Assembly (NCBI GenBank): GCA_050951545.1
Contig: JBMNJG010000005.1
Span: 192,001-256,000, forward strand
From: Limnochordia bacterium
GTDB lineage: Bacteria; Bacillota; Limnochordia; DTU080
Direction: 5' to 3'
Length of the DNA stretch: 64,000 nucleotides
Shown in pieces: positions 58,808-64,000 of this stretch. The position numbers were made by a program, and so were the translations under genes. Positions within the stretch are counted from its first letter, which is position 1. Each line of letters starts with the position of its first letter. The notes beneath the pieces are model-generated. The model was not told where the DNA came from. It saw nothing but the letters and a program-made list of their open reading frames with translations, and did no database searches.

Positions 58808-60797
58808 CTACTTTTTCGAAGGTGTTGCTACATCTGGTTGTACGACCAAGAAACGATGTCGCTCCGACAGCGGCTTGAATGGCTTTCCCCCTGCCTCCAA
58901 GAATTTGGTGAAAAACTCCACATACTGCAACCTGCTGGAGTGCACATAAGCACTGATCAGGTTAATGAGCAGATTCAGGAGATGTCCCACTACCAACAGG
59001 GCAATGGTGAGGATCCAGCCGAGAAACGGTATGGCGAACAACCGGCGACCCATGTCGTTGATGACCATGCCAATAACTCCACCTGCCATTCCCAGTGCCA
59101 ACAGGCGGGAGTACGACAAGGCATCGGACATATAGCCACTCACCCCGTACAGAGAGAGCAAGCCAGACAACAGACGCTTGATCGGGTTCCTCTCACGTCG
59201 CCCTTGCGTCAGGACCAAACCTGCCGCCCCTCCAATCGCCAGATAACGAGCGACAAGGCCAGCATGCGGCCACTGGGGCAGGTAGCCAGCCACCAGGAGT
59301 AGCACCAGTCCTGTAAGAAAGACGAGCCACAAACCCTGATCGCAGATAGCGTCGAACAGATGACCCTTTCGAATTGAGTCATAGCCCTTAATGGCCAAGC
59401 CCGCGAAGATCTGAATCACACCCAAGCCAATGGAGAGGACCAGCAGGGGAAGAGGATTCTCCATGGGGCTAAACCAAAGAGGCGGTATACCCAGCAGGTC
59501 ACCAAACCAAGACCCCGTAAGCGCTCCGGCGACCACAGTGGAGATACCGCAGATAGCGAGCATGTGCATCAGCTGCAACCCTAGACCCACCGCATTGGCC
59601 CGCTCTGGCCAACCAGAGGCTCAGTATGCTAAGCACGATGCCATAGCCTGCGTCCCCGAGAGCCAAGCCAAAAAAGATGAAGAAAAACGGCGCCAAAAAG
59701 GGTGTCGGATCCAGAGCGCCTGGCTGGGGCAGACCAGCCACGCGCGTTACCACCTCAAAGGGCCGAATAACGCGTGGGTTCTCAATATCCACGGGATGCG
59801 GCTCATCAGGGCCAGGCGGCTCATCTTCCACCACAATTGCCGGAGACACCTCAGACATAGCCAAGCGCAGGCTCTCGATATCACGAAGGCGCGCCCAGCC
59901 ACGCATCACGAATAGGCGTGAAGTGTAGCCCAAAAGGCTTTTCGTCTCCTCGCGCTCAATATGGTTGCGCAGTTCATCTTCTCTGGCATAAAGAGCCAAC
60001 CGCTCTTCCACCAGCGTGCTGACAGCGCTAATAGCCTCTTCCTGCTCTGCGGCGATCGTCTGTAACCGCTTCTCGAGCGAAACGATCGTCTCCGCTACTG
60101 TTGAAGTGGTGGACGGCAGCACCGCAGGTGTCCAATTCACGTCTCGCAGTGACGCCTGCAGCTGTTCTTCATACTTTCGTGGATAGTACAAGAGTATGGA
60201 GATGCCATCGCGCGATTCGGCGATCACCTCATAGCCTGCCGCAGGAGTAACCGCCTCTAGTTCCTGAGCAAACTCCTGTGCATTGTTTACTGCTATCTCA
60301 CCCAGCTGCACGCGAAACAGTTGGGTATCCGAGACCTCAGCAACAGCAACATCCAAAGCCTGCCAAGGGCTTAACGCCTCGAGATCCTCAAGTATGGTGC
60401 TGTATTTCACCTGGAGCCTTCGGAGTCTCTCTTTGAGCTCTTGCGCCTGGGACACAGAGGTCGCGGTATGCTCGCCTGACCCCGCCCAGCGCCGGTACTC
60501 GTTTTCCTCAACCGCATAGCGGACGCCTGCAAAAGTCTCAATGACTCCCCTAGGCGCTCGGAAATGCTGATCCAGCAAGTCGAGTGCTGAGCGCACCCGC
60601 GCCGCTTGCTCCTCCAATTGCACAAAGGAGTTGCCGCTTGGTGGGGAATCCGTGAACAGTGTAGTGCCCTCGGGCGAAAGGGTCTCCGCAACGTCATCAA
60701 CCTGCAGCACCTCGAGGCGCTGCAGCGTAGACATGACCGAATCCAGCAGCGATTGGTGACCGACAATGGTCACCCGGCGCATCTCAGCTACTGCCAT
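58808..60797 (-). pseudogene. ntpI: V/A-type ATPase subunit I, split by a frameshift near 59600-59610 (possibly a sequence error)
   Basis: The N-terminal ORF ends after DP...GDAGYG; the C-terminal ORF carries SY.RL.AL and H..RLQYVEFF. Confidence 0.85.
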
Positions 60798-61110
60798 TGT
60801 CGCCAACAACCCTCTCTACAACCAGTCTAGCCGCCTGTAGTACTCGCGCTTCTGCCTGCTGTTTCATGGTGTGTGCCTGCTCTTGGGCTTGGGCTTGCGC
60901 CTCAGCCAGGCGTGTCTGTGCCTCTGCCTGTGCAGCCGCCAGCCGTCGCTTACCTTCGGCCTGAGCCTCACCGCGAGCGGCAGCCACGTGGGCAGCAGCC
61001 TCTTCTTCGGCCTTTGCCAGCGCCTCAGCTGCCTGGCGCTTGGCCTCCGCCACCTTTTCGAGCATCTCAGCCTCGGCTGCGCGAATGATTTGTAGAGTCT
61101 CCAGAGCCAT
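60784..61110 (-). CDS. V/A-type ATPase peripheral stalk subunit G/H
   Basis: Ala/Glu-rich coiled coil, first gene of the operon. Confidence 0.8.
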   Translation of the reverse strand: MALETLQIIRAAEAEMLEKVAEAKRQAAEALAKAEEEAAAHVAAARGEAQAEGKRRLAAAQAEAQTRLAEAQAQAQEQAHTMKQQAEARVLQAARLVVERVVGDNGSS

Positions 61111-61240
61111 CCAGTAGTACCTCCGCACGGTAATTCCTCTGCCACTTCGAGGAGGATAAGTGATATCCTCCCTTGAGACCGGGATTTCTCAGGTGATCTC
61201 CCACCCTCAGTCACACTGTATAGCAGGAGGCCTGCTGCGC

Positions 61241-62311
61241 TCACACGTAGGATCCCAGCCTCTTGCCCAGCTCCACAAAGTGCCGGAACTGCTCCAGACT
61301 CACACTCTGCGGCACGGAGTGATCAGAGCCTAACACGTAACCGCCTCCCACTTTCATAGCCGGGATCACCTGCTCCATCTGCTTCCAAAGCACTTCTGGT
61401 TGGTCAAACAAGGCCGCGTTCAACCCTCCGTGAAAGGCTAGGCGGTCACCATACTGCCTCTTGAGAAGCAACGGGTCCATACCAGCCTTTACCTCTATCG
61501 GATTTAGCATGTCGATGCCAATCTCAATCAATTCAGGCACCAGCGGGTTGATGTTGCCACAAGAGTGCAGCTGGACTTTCACGCCACGGGCGTGCGCCCA
61601 ATCAGCTGCCTTGCGGTGCACCGGTTTGAGTAGGTCACGATACATGGCCAGGGAGAAAAACTGCGTACCTTTATAACCCATATCATCGGGCCAGCGAATC
61701 TCGTCGAAGTGATACCCGGCCTCCCATACCATTTCGTAGAGGGCCAGATCCAGGTCCAGCTGATGGTTGAAGATATCCGTAAGCCACTCCGGATCAGATA
61801 CCATGGAGAGAAGGACCCGCTCTGTACCCACCACCCAGGAGTGCGTAACATCAAAACCAAACCACAGATTCGCTGTAATCCAGTGGCCTTCTTTGCGCCA
61901 CTGGCTGTAATACCGACGAAGCCGTTCCCAGTTCACACGATCCCGGGTGGGTGTCATGCGTGCCTTGGCCTGCTCCCACGACGGGCGATCCATTATAGTG
62001 AAGTCAAGAAACTCGGGAACTCCCCCAGCATGAACCCAGTTACGCATGGTGGCGCCCCACGCTGTTGTGTGCACCCGGTAGGCATCAGTCTGCTCAAGCG
62101 TTCTAACCTCGTAGCGAGGGCTATTGTCCACTCCAATGCTTGCGAACTTATCAAGACCAAAGTAGTCTGCAAAAGCCACGCGCTCTGGCATGCCTTCCCT
62201 GCGCCAGCGCTCGAGCGTAGCGTCCCAGGGAACGTCGGTGATAGGCACCCGGTCAGCCTCCTGATGAGCATACATGCGACTCATCCGCTCATACGTCGAC
62301 AACTCGCCCAC
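61241..62311 (-). CDS. Uroporphyrinogen decarboxylase-like (URO-D/MtaA/CmuA family) protein
   Basis: DRVP, DD.G, HSCG, GG Y.L.SDH. Confidence 0.85.
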   Translation of the reverse strand: MGELSTYERMSRMYAHQEADRVPITDVPWDATLERWRREGMPERVAFADYFGLDKFASIGVDNSPRYEVRTLEQTDAYRVHTTAWGATMRNWVHAGGVPEFLDFTIMDRPSWEQAKARMTPTRDRVNWERLRRYYSQWRKEGHWITANLWFGFDVTHSWVVGTERVLLSMVSDPEWLTDIFNHQLDLDLALYEMVWEAGYHFDEIRWPDDMGYKGTQFFSLAMYRDLLKPVHRKAADWAHARGVKVQLHSCGNINPLVPELIEIGIDMLNPIEVKAGMDPLLLKRQYGDRLAFHGGLNAALFDQPEVLWKQMEQVIPAMKVGGGYVLGSDHSVPQSVSLEQFRHFVELGKRLGSYV

Positions 62312-62342
62312 TGTGTAGCCTCCCTCCCCAAAACTGAGGCTG

Positions 62343-63353
62343 CTAAGTGATCGCCAGCCACTGGTACACATACCCGGCAATGATCGCCCCGCCCAGAGCT
62401 ACGCTGTAGTAGAGAGTCAGGAAATTGGCCTGAAACAGCGTCCCCAAAATAAGCACTGTGGAGATGTTCGTCGCCGGACCCGTAAGGAAAAAGGCCAAAA
62501 CTGCCCCGGGACTCATACCCATCTCAGCCAACACCTGCATCAAGGGGATGGCTGCTCCCCCACATGCGTACAGGGGGATCCCAGCTGCAGCAGCCAGCAG
62601 AATGGAAAAACGCGACGAAGCGCCGAAAACCCGCATGATCAGCGAGGGCGACATAAGCTCCCGCACAGCCGCCGAGACCACCAACGCCAGCAGAAAGTAC
62701 CGACCAGCAAACTTGATCTGCATGCCGAAGTTGTACAACCAAGAGCGCGCGCTCTCTTTTCCCTGAAGTAATCCCTGGAATCTGCCGCTTCGTAGGCCGT
62801 CAAGTGACTTACGGTAGTGACGCAGAGGCACATCCACAGGCAATGCCTCCTGCTGCCGCAAATAGGCCGCAGGTTGACCCCACCGCTTCTCGCAGCGACC
62901 CGCTAGCCAGCCACCCACGATGGCCAGAGTGAAACTGGCCACCATCCGCGCCACGGCCATCCCCAAGCCCATGCCACCTGCAGTCATCGCGAAGATGCCC
63001 GGATTAATCAAAGGTGAGCTGATCATAAAAGCAGCTACGGGCGCCAGAGGCGCTCCTTGACGCAACATGATCACCGCCAACGGGATTACGCTATAGGTGG
63101 CCAACGGTGAGATCACGCCAAGAATGGCTGCAAAGAGTACGCCGAGGCCCTGCATGCGCTGAAGGCTCTTGGCCAGCGAGGCTGGGGATAAAAACGTGGC
63201 AATGGCCGATGTGATGGCCAGCCCCATTACAAACCAGACCCAGAGTCGAGCCCCGAGCGTCCAGGCCCCGTACACAATCTGCCACGAACGCGTTTGCTCC
63301 ACGATTCTGGCCCAGTACATCAACGACACTAATGCATCAGTCACCCATCTCAT
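62343..63353 (-). CDS. DUF318/ArsP-family permease
   Basis: 'AFMISSPLINP', 'PLYACGG..IP', 'F.L.GPAT'. Confidence 0.85.
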   Translation of the reverse strand: MRWVTDALVSLMYWARIVEQTRSWQIVYGAWTLGARLWVWFVMGLAITSAIATFLSPASLAKSLQRMQGLGVLFAAILGVISPLATYSVIPLAVIMLRQGAPLAPVAAFMISSPLINPGIFAMTAGGMGLGMAVARMVASFTLAIVGGWLAGRCEKRWGQPAAYLRQQEALPVDVPLRHYRKSLDGLRSGRFQGLLQGKESARSWLYNFGMQIKFAGRYFLLALVVSAAVRELMSPSLIMRVFGASSRFSILLAAAAGIPLYACGGAAIPLMQVLAEMGMSPGAVLAFFLTGPATNISTVLILGTLFQANFLTLYYSVALGGAIIAGYVYQWLAIT

Positions 63354-63556
63354 GACGGCCTTTTTCTCCTTTAACTGCGCCTGATCACACCGCCCCTGTT
63401 CGCCCTGAGTCCAGGCGGTTCCTCCGAGTATACGCCAGTGATCTTGAGGAAACAGCTGGTAGATTGCCTTCGCCAACAGAGCAGGTAGGCAGCCTTTTGC
63501 TGGCGTAATGTATGATGAAACCTGACAATAACAAGTGAAAGTGAGGCCAACCTAGC

Positions 63557-64000
63557 ATGTTGGATAGTCCTAGCCAGGCCTTCTCCATCTCCGACAAAAT
63601 ATGCCATAGCGGAGACGTGGTAGCAGACCTGACGGCGCTGCGCATAGCTGGTTTCGACTACATACATTTCAGCACCCGCTGGTTTCAGGCTGAGCCGATG
63701 GAGGCAGCGGAGCTAGAGACGTGGGAGCAGGCTCTTGCCCAAACTGGTACTAGAGTCCTCGATGTGCACGGCACCCTGACTCCCAAAGTGAACTTGTGGG
63801 CAGAAGATCCCGAGATACGCGCCTTAGCCCTGAAGCTGCTTTTCCATCGACTGGAAGTCACTTATAGGCTGGGTGGCGATGCCATGGTCTACCATGCCCC
63901 CAATGGCATTGCCCCTTCAGAAGCGGTATATGAGCGTCTTGTCGACGGGCTGGCCCGCGCCGAAGAGAGGGCCCGCCATCTGGGGCTGCGCATCGCTTTG
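63557..64000 (+). CDS. Sugar phosphate isomerase/epimerase (AP-endonuclease-2 TIM barrel), truncated by the window end
   Basis: Manual translation: AGFDYI..DVHG..LGG..MVYH..LGLRIAL. Confidence 0.75.
   Translation, partial: MLDSPSQAFSISDKICHSGDVVADLTALRIAGFDYIHFSTRWFQAEPMEAAELETWEQALAQTGTRVLDVHGTLTPKVNLWAEDPEIRALALKLLFHRLEVTYRLGGDAMVYHAPNGIAPSEAVYERLVDGLARAEERARHLGLRIAL

Overview
A GC-rich bacterial chromosomal window. It most likely comes from an anaerobic, diderm member of the Bacillota (Limnochordia-like); this is inferred from gene content, not from a marker gene. Housekeeping and metabolic content: hisG, a bifunctional homocysteine methyltransferase/MTHFR plus metH pair, a Na+-type V/A-ATPase operon whose subunit I gene is split by a frameshift, three tRNAs (Arg-ACG, Ser-GCT, Arg-TCG), several ABC/MFS/MMPL transport loci, a NifB/NifX-MinD-Fd-DUF5320 cluster, and scattered glycan-modifying enzymes (heparinase II/III-like lyase, CE7 esterase, sulfatase, CBM9-like protein). 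Non-coding signals include a clear fluoride riboswitch in front of a CPA-USP antiporter fusion, two operator systems, and a dispersed four-copy hairpin-plus-conserved-tail repeat. The most unusual locus is at about 23.7-25.6 kb. There a 2xHTH + Vsr/EDxHD-like nuclease ORF is bracketed by perfect 14-bp inverted repeats and, further out, by diverged direct repeats that expand into a 104-bp tandem array just upstream of tRNA-Arg. This looks like an undescribed nuclease-driven selfish or mobile element. All calls come from reading the sequence and motifs by eye; no database searches were run.
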